Of a stretch of DNA of 64,000 bases, positions 36,697 to 46,245 are shown one piece after another. Origin of the DNA: Candidatus Omnitrophota bacterium (GTDB lineage Bacteria; Omnitrophota; Gorgyraeia; 2-01-FULL-45-10); NCBI GenBank assembly GCA_043798375.1, contig JAZDOS010000028.1, positions 28,241 to 92,240 of the forward strand. The letters run 5' to 3'. The position numbers were made by a program, and so were the translations under genes. Position 1 is the first letter of the stretch, and every line of letters starts with the position of its first letter. The notes under the pieces were generated by a model. It had not been told where the DNA came from. It did no database searches and saw only the letters and a list, made by a program, of their open reading frames with translations.

Positions 36697-36773
36697 TGGC
36701 GCCCCTGGCCCGAGTCGAACGGGCGACACCAGGTTTAGGAAACCTGTGCTCTATCCATCTGAGCTACAGGGGC
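36697..36773 (-). tRNA. tRNA-Arg (anticodon CCT), CCA encoded
   Basis: Manually folded. Acceptor GCCCCTG/CAGGGGC. D-arm GCTC-AGATGGATA-GAGC. Anticodon stem CAGGT/ACCTG with loop TTCCTAA. T-arm GCCCG-TTCGACT-CGGGC. Confidence 0.85.
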
Positions 36774-36806
36774 GAGTATACCACAGAATATTGTAAAGTG
36801 AAAGTG

Positions 36807-36835
36807 ATTATAGCAACTTTTTCGGAGGGTGTAAA
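36807..36835 (-). promoter_or_regulatory. sigma-70-type promoter upstream of tRNA-Arg (TTTACA-17 nt-TATAAT on minus strand)
   Basis: Reverse complement reads TTTACAccctccgaaaaagttgcTATAAT, about 25 nt upstream of the tRNA 5' end. Confidence 0.55.
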
Positions 36836-36861
36836 GGAAGAATTTATGGAGTGCAAACTCT

Positions 36862-37191
36862 TTAGGTAACTTTCAAGTGTGACGCATGCCTGCCGGTAAG
36901 TTTAGGAAAGGAAATACTAAGCCCGCGTCCTAATGACCGCGCTATCTTGATCATCGTCTCTAATGTCAGGTTCTTCTCTTCCCCCGTCTCGATCTGCGAT
37001 ATGAACTGTTGGGATACGCCAAGCTTCTTGGCCAGATCCGCCTGCCGCATATGCTTCTCTCCTCTAATCTCGGCAATCCTCTGCGCCAACGCGACCTTTA
37101 CGCACTCAATTTCATAGAGCCGATTAAACTCTTTATCTTTCAGCTTTTCTTTTAACCCTATGTCAACATTTTCTAATTTAACTTTTCTCAT
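36862..37191 (-). CDS. higA: HigA-type XRE-family HTH antitoxin
   Basis: MRQADLAKKLGVSQQFISQIETGEEKNLTLETMIKIARSLG (Cro/C1 HTH), directly downstream of a Gp49-like toxin. Confidence 0.7.
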   Translation of the reverse strand: MRKVKLENVDIGLKEKLKDKEFNRLYEIECVKVALAQRIAEIRGEKHMRQADLAKKLGVSQQFISQIETGEEKNLTLETMIKIARSLGRGLSISFPKLTGRHASHLKVT

Positions 37192-37196
37192 TTTTC

Positions 37197-37571
37197 TTAC
37201 CTCTCAAGTTCAATTCGTTCAATATTAGCTCCGCAGGCCTCTATTTTCATCCTTCTCTTTATACATAATTTCAAGTCGTTCTCCGGTATCTTATTAACGT
37301 GTTTCTTAATCGCATGGACCAATACCGCCCTGTCGCGCAAGTAAAAGAAATAGAATATTCGGTTGTCTCTAGGCCGTAATTCATATATGCCGTCTCTTAA
37401 ATAATCCGCCATGGGCCTACGCAGATTATTGCCTTGATTTTTTAATTCAGCGATATAGGCGTAAACCTTAGCCTGTTCTTTCTCGGTCAAAGAATTGATG
37501 AATTCCTTAACCGGTTTACAACCGTCATCGTCTATAAAATAATATACGCCTTTAAGCATGCCTATACCCAC
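37197..37571 (-). CDS. higB: HigB-like toxin (Gp49/DUF891-type RelE/ParE superfamily)
   Basis: 124 aa. KEFINSLTEKEQAKVYAYIAELKNQG...IFYFFYLRDRAVLVHAIKKHVNKIPENDL pattern of phage Gp49-like HigB toxins. Toxin-first gene order. Confidence 0.65.
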   Translation of the reverse strand: MGIGMLKGVYYFIDDDGCKPVKEFINSLTEKEQAKVYAYIAELKNQGNNLRRPMADYLRDGIYELRPRDNRIFYFFYLRDRAVLVHAIKKHVNKIPENDLKLCIKRRMKIEACGANIERIELER

Positions 37572-37625
37572 TTTAAAGTATACAAGATATAACTTGTTTT
37601 GTCAAGCTTAAAAGGAAAAATAGGA

Positions 37626-37685
37626 GATACAACCTGCGAGGTTAACCGGTAGATAGCTACCGGCAAACCTCGCAGGTTGTATTGA
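37626..37685. repeat. palindromic intergenic element copy 3
   Basis: GATACAACCTGCGAGGTT-AACCGGTAGATAGCTACCGGCAA-AACCTCGCAGGTTGTATTG. The spacer is itself palindromic. Confidence 0.85.
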
Positions 37686-37707
37686 TAAAAAAGCGTGTCC
37701 GATTTTC

Positions 37708-38973
37708 CTAAAACTGATACCCCAGTCCGACGCCGAGGATTTCCGCCGCGGCGGTTACTTTAGTTCCGTTGCCGTTTACGCTGTATGTGTCTCCGCAGCC
37801 GTTATCCGCCTTTACACCCATAAAATGATGCTCCCACACGAAGTCAAGGGACAGGTTCTTCATCACAAAATATGAAAAACCCATAGTAAGATGGTGCTCC
37901 ATGATTACCGGCAGAAGCGCGTTGGCGAAGACGACATGCGCCTGGACAGGGCTTTTTCCATACATATACCCGAGACGCAGTTTAAACTTATCGTCATTCT
38001 TCTTATCCTTAAAACTATATTCGCCGCCTGTCGCGAAAACCCACTGGTCCCCCCATCCGAAACCGCCTGATTCAGGGCCGTTTCTGGCAAGCTTCACATC
38101 CGTCCAGTTAATATACCGGGTGTCGAACGTCCATTCGAAATCCCTGATTGGTTTCAATGATACGCCGGCATTTATCACCGGCGGCTCATCTATATACGGC
38201 AGGCAGTCTTTGTATTTATAATGATGGCCAAACCATCCGTGGCTTTCGTAAGACGCTCCGAGATTCAGCATTTCATTGAACTTATACAGAAGGCCTAGTG
38301 TAAAACCAGCACCTGGCGCAAAGTCCCAGTCTCCATTACCTGCCGTCTCCAGATACTGACTGGCGTAGGTGGCGGTTGTCGTCAGGTTCGTCCTTAAGCC
38401 TTGTATGCCGATGTTGGCGGTGCCTCCAAAAGACAGCTTGTCGTTAAATGCCACCGCTATGCCCGGCGCGATACGCAAACTTCTCAAATCTACCATTTTA
38501 TCGAAGTCATGTGTATCCCTGAGGAGGATAGGGTTAAAACGAGCTGCCGGATAATTAAGTGCCAAACCGGCCATTGTAAAGATCCCGCAACCGACCGATA
38601 CCGGGTACTTGTCCGTACCCGGGATACGATAACTTATGCCCGCGTCGGCTCCGGGCAGATAAGTAATATTGCTCTTCTGCCGCGTGCCGGCATTTGCGAG
38701 CACCCCTTCCGTGTGCATGGTAACATCGTGAGGCAGGATATTGAGATATTCCAGATCGATCCTGTTCCCTATCCATACGAGACTGGCGGGGTTCCTCACT
38801 AAACATGATGTGTCTGCCGGCGAAGCGGTAGTAGCGCCGCCCATGCCGGAGTCTCTGGCGCTGAACCCTAAAAATCGCGTCCCGTTACCGGCATACGCGA
38901 AATCGTTTAAAACAAGGCACATCGCAAACGCTAAAGCTATAACTAATATAATTGCCTTACCTTTTGATATCAT
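37708..38973 (-). CDS. outer-membrane transport barrel, FadL/OmpP1/TodX family-like
   Basis: Signal peptide. NPASLVWIG block near the N-terminus. C-terminal aromatic residue (GLGYQF). Confidence 0.5.
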   Translation of the reverse strand: MISKGKAIILVIALAFAMCLVLNDFAYAGNGTRFLGFSARDSGMGGATTASPADTSCLVRNPASLVWIGNRIDLEYLNILPHDVTMHTEGVLANAGTRQKSNITYLPGADAGISYRIPGTDKYPVSVGCGIFTMAGLALNYPAARFNPILLRDTHDFDKMVDLRSLRIAPGIAVAFNDKLSFGGTANIGIQGLRTNLTTTATYASQYLETAGNGDWDFAPGAGFTLGLLYKFNEMLNLGASYESHGWFGHHYKYKDCLPYIDEPPVINAGVSLKPIRDFEWTFDTRYINWTDVKLARNGPESGGFGWGDQWVFATGGEYSFKDKKNDDKFKLRLGYMYGKSPVQAHVVFANALLPVIMEHHLTMGFSYFVMKNLSLDFVWEHHFMGVKADNGCGDTYSVNGNGTKVTAAAEILGVGLGYQF

Positions 38974-39120
38974 CGCTATGTTTCTCCTTTCCTCATTTTC
39001 TAACCAGGTTATTCTAACCTGGTTAGATTTGGCAGGTTAGAAATAAAAAATAGCATTGGAAAAAATTCCAACGCCATAAGTATACATGATGAATCCGATA
39101 TAGTCAAATCGGCGTATCAA

Positions 39121-39645
39121 TTAGCAGTATTCGTCTTTTATCAGGGAGAATACTTCGCAGCCCTTCAGCTTCTCACGGCCCTTCAGGGGAAGAAGCTCTA
39201 TTACGAACGCTATCCCGACGATATATCCGCCCATCTTTTTCACGAGCCCGCTGACAGCGGCCACCGTCCCGCCTGTGGCCAGAAGGTCGTCGACGATCAA
39301 AATCCTGTCGCCCTGTTTGAACGCATCCTGATGGATCTCGAGCGTATCCGTGCCGTATTCGAGGCCATAAGTTACCGCGAGCGTCTTATGCGGAAGCTTG
39401 CCCTTCTTTCTTACCGGAACAAGCCCGGCGCCGAGCTTATAAGCTACGGCCGCGCCGAAGATAAAGCCTCTTGCCTCGACGCTCAACACATAGTCTATTT
39501 TTTCATTTTTGAATTTATCGGCGATCGTATCGACCGCGTCCCTTAAAGCGTCTTTATTTTTAAGGAGCGTGGTTATGTCCTTGAATATGATCCCCTTTTT
39601 CGGAAAATCCGGTATGTCCCTGACGCAGGATTTGAGATCCATCAT
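39121..39645 (-). CDS. apt: adenine phosphoribosyltransferase
   Basis: [20 protein letters not shown] and PRPP loop [12 protein letters not shown]. Confidence 0.9.
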   Translation of the reverse strand: MMDLKSCVRDIPDFPKKGIIFKDITTLLKNKDALRDAVDTIADKFKNEKIDYVLSVEARGFIFGAAVAYKLGAGLVPVRKKGKLPHKTLAVTYGLEYGTDTLEIHQDAFKQGDRILIVDDLLATGGTVAAVSGLVKKMGGYIVGIAFVIELLPLKGREKLKGCEVFSLIKDEYC

Positions 39646-39664
39646 AAGATCCTCCCGTTTTTGT

Positions 39665-40492
39665 TCACCCGGCCTTCAACGCGGCTTCCTTATCCTGCTG
39701 CAGCATAAATTCGCGCATCTTCTTCATCGCGGCGGACTCTATCTGGCGGACGCGCTCCCTTGTTATGCCGAAATGTTTCGCCGTGTCCCTTAATGTATGC
39801 GGTACGCCGTTCTTCAGCCCGAACCTGAGAGACAATATCTTCTGCTCCCTCTTCGACATCTTTTCGAGCATGCACTTTATCCGTTCCTGCGTCAGGAAAT
39901 TGGAGAGCTCGTCGGCGGCCGAGACCATATTCTCGTCTTCGATAAGATCGAGGAATTCGGTCGAGCCCTCTTCGCCGACGGGCGCGTTAAGGCTGGATGT
40001 GCCGGATGCCATCTTGGAAAGCTGCTTGGCGCGCTTCATGGGAAGGCTCATCCGTTTGGCTATCTCGGCGAGGCGCGGTTTTCTTTTCAGGGAATTCGTA
40101 AGATGCTCGGTGACTTTTTTAAACCGCATAAGTAATTCTATAATATAGACGGGCATCCTTACGGTCTTGCCCTGGTTCGCTATCGCCCTCGATATGTATT
40201 GCCGTATCCACCACGCGGCGTATGTCGAGAACCTGTACCCTTTTTTCGGGTTGAATTTTTCTACGGCCTTCATGAGGCCGAGGTTGCCTTCCTCGATGAG
40301 GTCCATCATCGAGACGCCGAGGTGCGAATATTTCTTGGCGATATTTATGACGAGGCGAAGGTTCGACTGGATCATCCTCGCGCGGGCATGCTTATCGCCT
40401 TTCTTGATACGCTCGGCAAGATCTATCTCTTCCTCTGCGGTCAGGAGGGGCAGCTTCTTTATATCCTTGAGATATAATCTTATCGCATCCAT
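39665..40492 (-). CDS. RNA polymerase sigma-70 family factor (RpoD-like, compact, lacking region 1.1)
   Basis: Region 2 [41 protein letters not shown]. Region 4 [20 protein letters not shown]. Confidence 0.85.
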   Translation of the reverse strand: MDAIRLYLKDIKKLPLLTAEEEIDLAERIKKGDKHARARMIQSNLRLVINIAKKYSHLGVSMMDLIEEGNLGLMKAVEKFNPKKGYRFSTYAAWWIRQYISRAIANQGKTVRMPVYIIELLMRFKKVTEHLTNSLKRKPRLAEIAKRMSLPMKRAKQLSKMASGTSSLNAPVGEEGSTEFLDLIEDENMVSAADELSNFLTQERIKCMLEKMSKREQKILSLRFGLKNGVPHTLRDTAKHFGITRERVRQIESAAMKKMREFMLQQDKEAALKAG

Positions 40493-40495
40493 ATA

Positions 40496-43279
40496 TTATT
40501 TTTTCTTCGCTTCAACCGCCGCCTGCGCTGCCGCAAGACGGGCTATCGGCACACGGAACGGCGAACAGCTCACGTAATTCATCCCGGCCCGATGGCAGAA
40601 TTTGACGCTTTCCGGATCGCCGCCGTGCTCGCCGCATATACCGACTTTGAGATCTTTGCGGGCCGCGCGGCCGCGGTCGATGCCAATCTTGATAAGCTCT
40701 CCCACGCCGTCCTGGTCGATCGTCTGGAACGGATCGGCCGGCAGGATCTTGGAATTCAAATAATCCGGCAGGAAGCCGCCGATATCATCTCTCGAGAATC
40801 CGAAAGTCATCTGCGTAAGATCGTTCGTCCCGAACGAAAAGAATTCGCACGTTTCGGCTATTTTTCCGGCCTCGAGCGCCGCGCGCGGGATCTCTATCAT
40901 CGTCCCGTACATATACGGTATCTTTTTCACGCCTAATTTGGCCGAGACCTCTTTATCCACTTTTTCGACGATCGCCTTCTGGTTATCCAATTCGGACCTG
41001 GCGCAGGTAACCGGGATCATTATCTCCGGCAGAGCCTTCTTGCCCTCTTTGATAAGCTCTACGGACGCCTCGAGAATAGCCCGGACCTGCATCTCCGTTA
41101 TCTCGGGATATGTTATTCCGAGCCTGACGCCGCGATGGCCGAGCATCGGGTTGTTTTCGTGTAAGCCTTCGGCGCGTTTACGAAGCTCGCTCATATCGAC
41201 GCCGAGTTCTCCGGCAAGCGCTTCCAGCTTATCTTCGCTGTGCGGGACGAATTCGTGCAGCGGCGGGTCGAGGAGCCGTATGGTTACCGGATACCCCTTC
41301 ATCGCCTCGATCGTCGCCTTCATGTCGCTCTTGACGAACGGGAACAGCTCATCGAGCGCCTTGCGCCGCTCGGCCTCCGTCTTCGACATTATCATTTTCC
41401 GAAGGAGAAAAAGCGGCTTGTCGCTGCCTTCACCGTAAAACATGTGCTCGGTGCGGAACAGGCCGATGCCCTCGGCGCCGAACTTCATCGCCTGCGCGGC
41501 GTCTTTCGGAGTATCCGCGTTGGTCCGGATTTTCAAGGTGCGGGTTTTGTCGACCAGCTTCATCAGTTCGGTATAAGATTTGTTATTTTCAAGGTCGATA
41601 TCAACCAGCGGAAGTTTACCGTTATAAACAAGCCCCTTCGTCCCGTTCAAGCTTATCCAGTCGCCCTCTTTAACCGCCGGCCCCTTCTTCGTCTTGAAAG
41701 ATTTATTGTCATCGGCGATATCCAGATCGGCGCAGCCGACGATACAGCACTTGCCCCATCCGCGGGCTACGAGCGCCGCGTGCGATGTCATGCCGCCTTT
41801 AGAGGTAAGGATGGCCTGCGCCTTGTGCATTCCGTCGACGTCCTCAGGGGATGTCTCTTCGCGCACAAGAATGACTTTCTCGCCGCGCGAGGCCCATTCG
41901 ACGGCGTCCTTAGACGTAAATACAACCCGCCCGATCGCCCCGCCGGGGCCTGCCGGCAATCCTTTGGCTATAGGAACCGTTGTTGATTCGGCCTTTGGAT
42001 CGATCATCGGAAGAAGCAGTTCGACAAGCTGGTTCGGCGCCACGCGCATTATAGCCGTATTCGCATCGATAAACTTATCTTTATACATATCCACCGCCAT
42101 ACGCACCGCCGAAACACCGTTACGCTTCCCGACGCGGCACTGAAGCATAAAGAGCTTGTCCTTCTCGATAGTGAACTCGATATCCTGCATATCCTTATAA
42201 TGATTCTCGAGGCGCGTCCGTATGCTGTCAAGTTCCCTGTATATCTCCGGCATGATCTTTGAAAGGGTGGGTAAACTTTTACTCTGTTCGTTCTTGGAAT
42301 AATCGTTGATGGGCCCGGGCGTCCTTATGCCCGCGACAACATCTTCGCCCTGGGCATTCACCAGGTATTCGCCGTAGAACCGGTCTTCACCGTTACCGGG
42401 ATTGCGGCTAAAGGCGACGCCGGTCGCGCAGTCATCGCCCATGTTGCCGAAGACCATCGTCTGGACGGTAACGGCCGTGCCCCACTCATCCGGGATCTTC
42501 TCGATGCGGCGGTATTCCACCGCCCTTCTGCCGTTCCAACTCGAAAATACCGCGCCTATACCGCCCCACAACTGCTCTTCGGGATTATCCGGAAATTCTT
42601 TGCCGAGGACTTCCTTGATAGTCTTTTTGAAATCGGCGACGAGGCTCTTCAGTTCGTTCGCGTCAAGCTCCGTGTCAGATTTATACCCCTTCGAATGTTT
42701 TATATTATCCAGCTTCTCGTCGAGTATCTTGCGGATGCCCTTACCCTTCGGCTCGATTCCCGCAGCCTTTTCCATCACCACATCCGAATACATCATGATG
42801 AGCCTGCGATACGCGTCATAAACAAATCTTTCATTGCCGGTCTGCTTGATGAGCCCCTGGATAGTCTTCTCGGTAAGCCCGACGTTCAGCACCGTCTCCA
42901 TCATGCCCGGCATCGATCTGCGGGCGCCTGAACGGACAGAGACAAGCAGAGGGCTCACAGGATTGCCGAACCCTTTCCCCATCAGCTTTTCGACCTTTGC
43001 CATGGCATCGGCCACCTGGCCTTTGAGCTCTTTCGGATATACCTTATCATTCTTATAATAATAAGTGCAGACCTCTGTCGTTATGGTAAATCCCGGCGGA
43101 ACCGGTAAACGCAAGCTTGGATGGCCCGCCATTTCGGCGAGGTTCGCGCCTTTTCCTCCGAGAAGATTCTTCATCGATTCGTTTCCGTCGGCCTTTCCGC
43201 CGCCGAATGAATACACGCACTTCTTAACCTTACCTGATGTTCCCACTTTTTTCTCCTCCGTTAAAGCTATGCTTCCCAT
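40496..43279 (-). CDS. ppdK: pyruvate, phosphate dikinase
   Basis: 927 aa. N-terminal FGGGKADGNESMKNLLGGKGANLAEM. Catalytic His region GGMTSHAALVARGWG. C-terminal PEP-utilising TIM barrel. Confidence 0.95.
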   Translation of the reverse strand: MGSIALTEEKKVGTSGKVKKCVYSFGGGKADGNESMKNLLGGKGANLAEMAGHPSLRLPVPPGFTITTEVCTYYYKNDKVYPKELKGQVADAMAKVEKLMGKGFGNPVSPLLVSVRSGARRSMPGMMETVLNVGLTEKTIQGLIKQTGNERFVYDAYRRLIMMYSDVVMEKAAGIEPKGKGIRKILDEKLDNIKHSKGYKSDTELDANELKSLVADFKKTIKEVLGKEFPDNPEEQLWGGIGAVFSSWNGRRAVEYRRIEKIPDEWGTAVTVQTMVFGNMGDDCATGVAFSRNPGNGEDRFYGEYLVNAQGEDVVAGIRTPGPINDYSKNEQSKSLPTLSKIMPEIYRELDSIRTRLENHYKDMQDIEFTIEKDKLFMLQCRVGKRNGVSAVRMAVDMYKDKFIDANTAIMRVAPNQLVELLLPMIDPKAESTTVPIAKGLPAGPGGAIGRVVFTSKDAVEWASRGEKVILVREETSPEDVDGMHKAQAILTSKGGMTSHAALVARGWGKCCIVGCADLDIADDNKSFKTKKGPAVKEGDWISLNGTKGLVYNGKLPLVDIDLENNKSYTELMKLVDKTRTLKIRTNADTPKDAAQAMKFGAEGIGLFRTEHMFYGEGSDKPLFLLRKMIMSKTEAERRKALDELFPFVKSDMKATIEAMKGYPVTIRLLDPPLHEFVPHSEDKLEALAGELGVDMSELRKRAEGLHENNPMLGHRGVRLGITYPEITEMQVRAILEASVELIKEGKKALPEIMIPVTCARSELDNQKAIVEKVDKEVSAKLGVKKIPYMYGTMIEIPRAALEAGKIAETCEFFSFGTNDLTQMTFGFSRDDIGGFLPDYLNSKILPADPFQTIDQDGVGELIKIGIDRGRAARKDLKVGICGEHGGDPESVKFCHRAGMNYVSCSPFRVPIARLAAAQAAVEAKKK

Positions 43280-43284
43280 TTAAA

Positions 43285-44604
43285 CTACACCCCTTTCAAA
43301 TTAAACTTCTCGATCAGATAATCTTTCACCTTATCAACACTGATACGATCCTGCTTCATGGAATCTCTTTCGCGAACCGTAACTTTGCGGTCGCTCAAGG
43401 ACTCTACGTCGACGGTTATGCAGTATGGAGTCCCCACCTCATCCTGCCTCCTGTATAACCTTCCTATGGAAGCGGTGTCGTCATACATCACCTTTAGGCT
43501 CTTTCTTAAGTTATCCGTTATATCTTTCGCAAGCTTGACGATTTCAGGCCTGTTCCTCAATAGAGGAAGGACTGCCGCCTTTATCGGAGATAGCTTATTG
43601 TCTATCGAAAGAAGCGCGCGCTTTTCGCCCCTCACCTCTTCTTCTTTATAGGAGTCCGTAAGAAACGCGAGGATCGACCGGTCGATACCGCCCGACGGTT
43701 CTATCACATAAGGAGTATATCTAACTTTGGTCTCCTCATCCAGATATTCCAGATTTTTTCCACTTAAGGCGCTGTGCTGTTTTAAATCGAAGTCGGTCCT
43801 ATTCGCGATCCCTTCGAGCTCCGACCATCCGAATGGGAATTTATATTCGATATCGGTGCAGGCCTTGGCGTAATGGGCAAGTTCTGTCTTCTCGTGCCGG
43901 CGTTTGCGTAAGTTTTCTTTCCTGATACCCAGTTTAATATACCAATTGAAGCGCTCATCGACCCATTTCTCATACCACTCTTCATCCGTTCCCGGCTTCA
44001 CAAAATACTCTATCTCCATCTGCTCGAATTCGCGGGAGCGGAATGTAAGGTTTCCTGTGGTGACTTCGTTTCGGAATGATTTTCCTATCTGGGCGATCCC
44101 GAAAGGCACTTTCCGGCGCATCGAATCTACGACATTATGGAAATTTACGAATATGCCCTGGGCTGTTTCGGGGCGCAGATATATGAGAGAGCCTTCGTCT
44201 TCAATGGGTCCGAGGTGAGTCTTTAACATAAGGTTGAACTGTCTGGCCTCAGTCAGTTCACCTCCGCATTTCGGACATTTCTTGTCCGTTACGTGTTCGA
44301 CTTTGAAGCGTTTATTGCAGCCCTTGCAATCTACGAGAGCGTCTTCGAAGTTCGTTACGTGGCCGGAGGCCATCCATACTTCGGGACGCATTAAAATAGA
44401 GGCGTCGAGCCCTTCAATGTCGTCTCTTTCGTAGACATTGGAGCGCCACCACGCCTCTTTAAGGTTTCGTTTCAGCTCCACGCCGAGCGGGCCGTAATCC
44501 CAGGTGCTCGCGAGGCCGCCGTATATCTCGCTTGATTGAAATATGAATCCCCGTCTTTTACAAAGCGAGGTGATCTTATCCATTACATCGGGATTGGGCT
44601 GCAT
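43285..44604 (-). CDS. glyQS: glycine--tRNA ligase (dimeric class II type)
   Basis: N-terminal CKRRGFIFQSSEIYGGLASTWDYGPLGVELKRN and class II motifs. Confidence 0.9.
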   Translation of the reverse strand: MQPNPDVMDKITSLCKRRGFIFQSSEIYGGLASTWDYGPLGVELKRNLKEAWWRSNVYERDDIEGLDASILMRPEVWMASGHVTNFEDALVDCKGCNKRFKVEHVTDKKCPKCGGELTEARQFNLMLKTHLGPIEDEGSLIYLRPETAQGIFVNFHNVVDSMRRKVPFGIAQIGKSFRNEVTTGNLTFRSREFEQMEIEYFVKPGTDEEWYEKWVDERFNWYIKLGIRKENLRKRRHEKTELAHYAKACTDIEYKFPFGWSELEGIANRTDFDLKQHSALSGKNLEYLDEETKVRYTPYVIEPSGGIDRSILAFLTDSYKEEEVRGEKRALLSIDNKLSPIKAAVLPLLRNRPEIVKLAKDITDNLRKSLKVMYDDTASIGRLYRRQDEVGTPYCITVDVESLSDRKVTVRERDSMKQDRISVDKVKDYLIEKFNLKGV

Positions 44605-44740
44605 ATAGATGGAACCCTACCTTTTTACATCACCTGCGACATCCGCCGAAGCATCTGCTCTATCGCTTATTGATTGCGAAGGCGGATAACTCCGAAATTT
44701 TTTCTATCTTAACATTCCTTCGTGCGAAATGCAAGCAAAA

Positions 44741-44763
44741 TGAGAAGGTGCCTGGCACCTCTT
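44741..44763 (+). terminator. hairpin GAAGGTGCCTGGCACCTCTTTT (copy 1 of 2), terminator-like on the plus strand
   Basis: 7-bp GC stem plus T-run. An identical sequence recurs at 50616-50638. Confidence 0.4.
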
Positions 44764-44778
44764 TTGAAACTTTTTTAA

Positions 44779-45543
44779 TTAGCTCCGCTTCTCGATCTCC
44801 TTCAAGAATTCGAGCGTCTTCAAGCGGCGCTCTATGTGAAAATCGAGGAATTTTCTTAAGATCCCTTCGAGCTCCCTGCCCACCTCGGAGGCAACCTTGA
44901 CCCGCGCTATCCGCTCGAACGGCGACGTCCTGATATGTTCGATAAATTTCACCGTTCCCTGTAAGATGGGGCACGCCTGGTTATCGGAGGCAAGGCACGC
45001 CTTGCATAAAAGGCCGCCGTGCCTGAAGCTGAACCTGGCGGACGCGTCGACCCGGAGACCGCAGGAAGCGCAAAGTTCAAGCGTCGGCATGAGCCCCAGA
45101 AGATGCAGGAGTTTTATCTCGAATATCCTCGTCACGCGGCGCGGGCTTGATTCTCCGGAGAGAAGCTTCAGGCTGTTCAGCAACAAGCCGAAGACCTCTG
45201 TGTTTTTATCGCCCAGCACCGTGACGGAATCTACGAGTTCTACTATATAGGCGGCGTAGGCTAATTTTTCAAGGGATCCCCTTATCGGGTAAAAAAAATC
45301 GAGGAGGTCGCATTGGGATACGGTATAAAATTCGCTGCGTTTTCTTTCGTAGAAAACGATTTCGTCATGGGCAAATATCTCAAGGCTTCCGCCGCCGGCC
45401 CCGCCTTGAGCGCGCGAACCGCGCACGCCGCGGACTATGCCCTTTATCTTGCCGAAATCCCTGGTGTAGATATTTAATATCAGGCTCGTCTCGCGCAGAT
45501 CGGCCTTGCGTAAAATTATACCCTCGGATTTCTGTATGGCCAT
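44779..45543 (-). CDS. recO: DNA repair protein RecO
   Basis: N-terminal OB-fold block EGIILRKADLRETSLILNIYTRDFGKI and a C-terminal Cys cluster (zinc finger). Confidence 0.8.
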   Translation of the reverse strand: MAIQKSEGIILRKADLRETSLILNIYTRDFGKIKGIVRGVRGSRAQGGAGGGSLEIFAHDEIVFYERKRSEFYTVSQCDLLDFFYPIRGSLEKLAYAAYIVELVDSVTVLGDKNTEVFGLLLNSLKLLSGESSPRRVTRIFEIKLLHLLGLMPTLELCASCGLRVDASARFSFRHGGLLCKACLASDNQACPILQGTVKFIEHIRTSPFERIARVKVASEVGRELEGILRKFLDFHIERRLKTLEFLKEIEKRS

Positions 45544-45546
45544 AGT

Positions 45547-46245
45547 CTAGCGGAACAGCTGGAATACGAAAGTAGTGAGAAGAATTCCTAAGATAGCGCC
45601 GGCGAGGACCTCCCAGAAAGTGTGGACGGAATCCTTGATCCTGTGCCTCGCTATCAGGAACGCCATCAGGAATGAGAGCGCGATGACGATAGAATTCCTG
45701 GTCAAAAACACTATCACCGTCCATATCGAAAAGGCTATCGCCGCGTGCCCCGACGGCATACCGCCCCGCAAGGGAGTCCCTTTATGAAAGACAAGCTTTC
45801 CTATAATACTCATCCCGAAAACGAGGATGAGCGCTATGAACGTGACATTCCACGGCGACCTCCTGACGTTCTCCATCGCGGCGGCTACGTCGAACGGAAG
45901 CTTTTTCGAAAACAATATGTATCCGACTATACCTGCGTTAATGGACGTTACGAGAACGGCGCCGGCCCCTATATCTTTTATGATCCGCGCGGCGGGATCG
46001 AGGTCGGACTTCATCATATCAACGATACGCTCTATCGCCGTGTTGATCATCTCGCTCGCCAGGACCAGGCTTACCGTGACCGATAACGCGATTATCTCCA
46101 GATATGTGAAGTTGAGGTAGATGCCGAGGAGGATAAAGAAGAACGCGGCCAGGTAATGTATCCGCATATTGCGCTCGGTTATGAGGGCGTAAATAAACCC
46201 TTCTACCGCGGCGTTAAAACTTTCGACAAATTTTCTTTCTTCCAT
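45547..46245 (-). CDS. bifunctional DgkA-like kinase / PAP2-family phosphatase fusion
   Basis: N-terminal half carries the prokaryotic DgkA motif (LASEMINTAIERIVD). C-terminal half has PAP2 motifs KLVFHKGTPLRG and PSGH. Confidence 0.7.
   Translation of the reverse strand: MEERKFVESFNAAVEGFIYALITERNMRIHYLAAFFFILLGIYLNFTYLEIIALSVTVSLVLASEMINTAIERIVDMMKSDLDPAARIIKDIGAGAVLVTSINAGIVGYILFSKKLPFDVAAAMENVRRSPWNVTFIALILVFGMSIIGKLVFHKGTPLRGGMPSGHAAIAFSIWTVIVFLTRNSIVIALSFLMAFLIARHRIKDSVHTFWEVLAGAILGILLTTFVFQLFR

Noticed and set aside
36559-36729. N-terminal 57-aa extension of the PHP-domain ORF
   Set aside because: The extension runs through a long hairpin and the tRNA-Arg gene. The real start MIDLHTHT at 36558 matches PHP-family N-termini.
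41240-41986. 248-aa plus-strand ORF
   Set aside because: Antisense to ppdK. No support.
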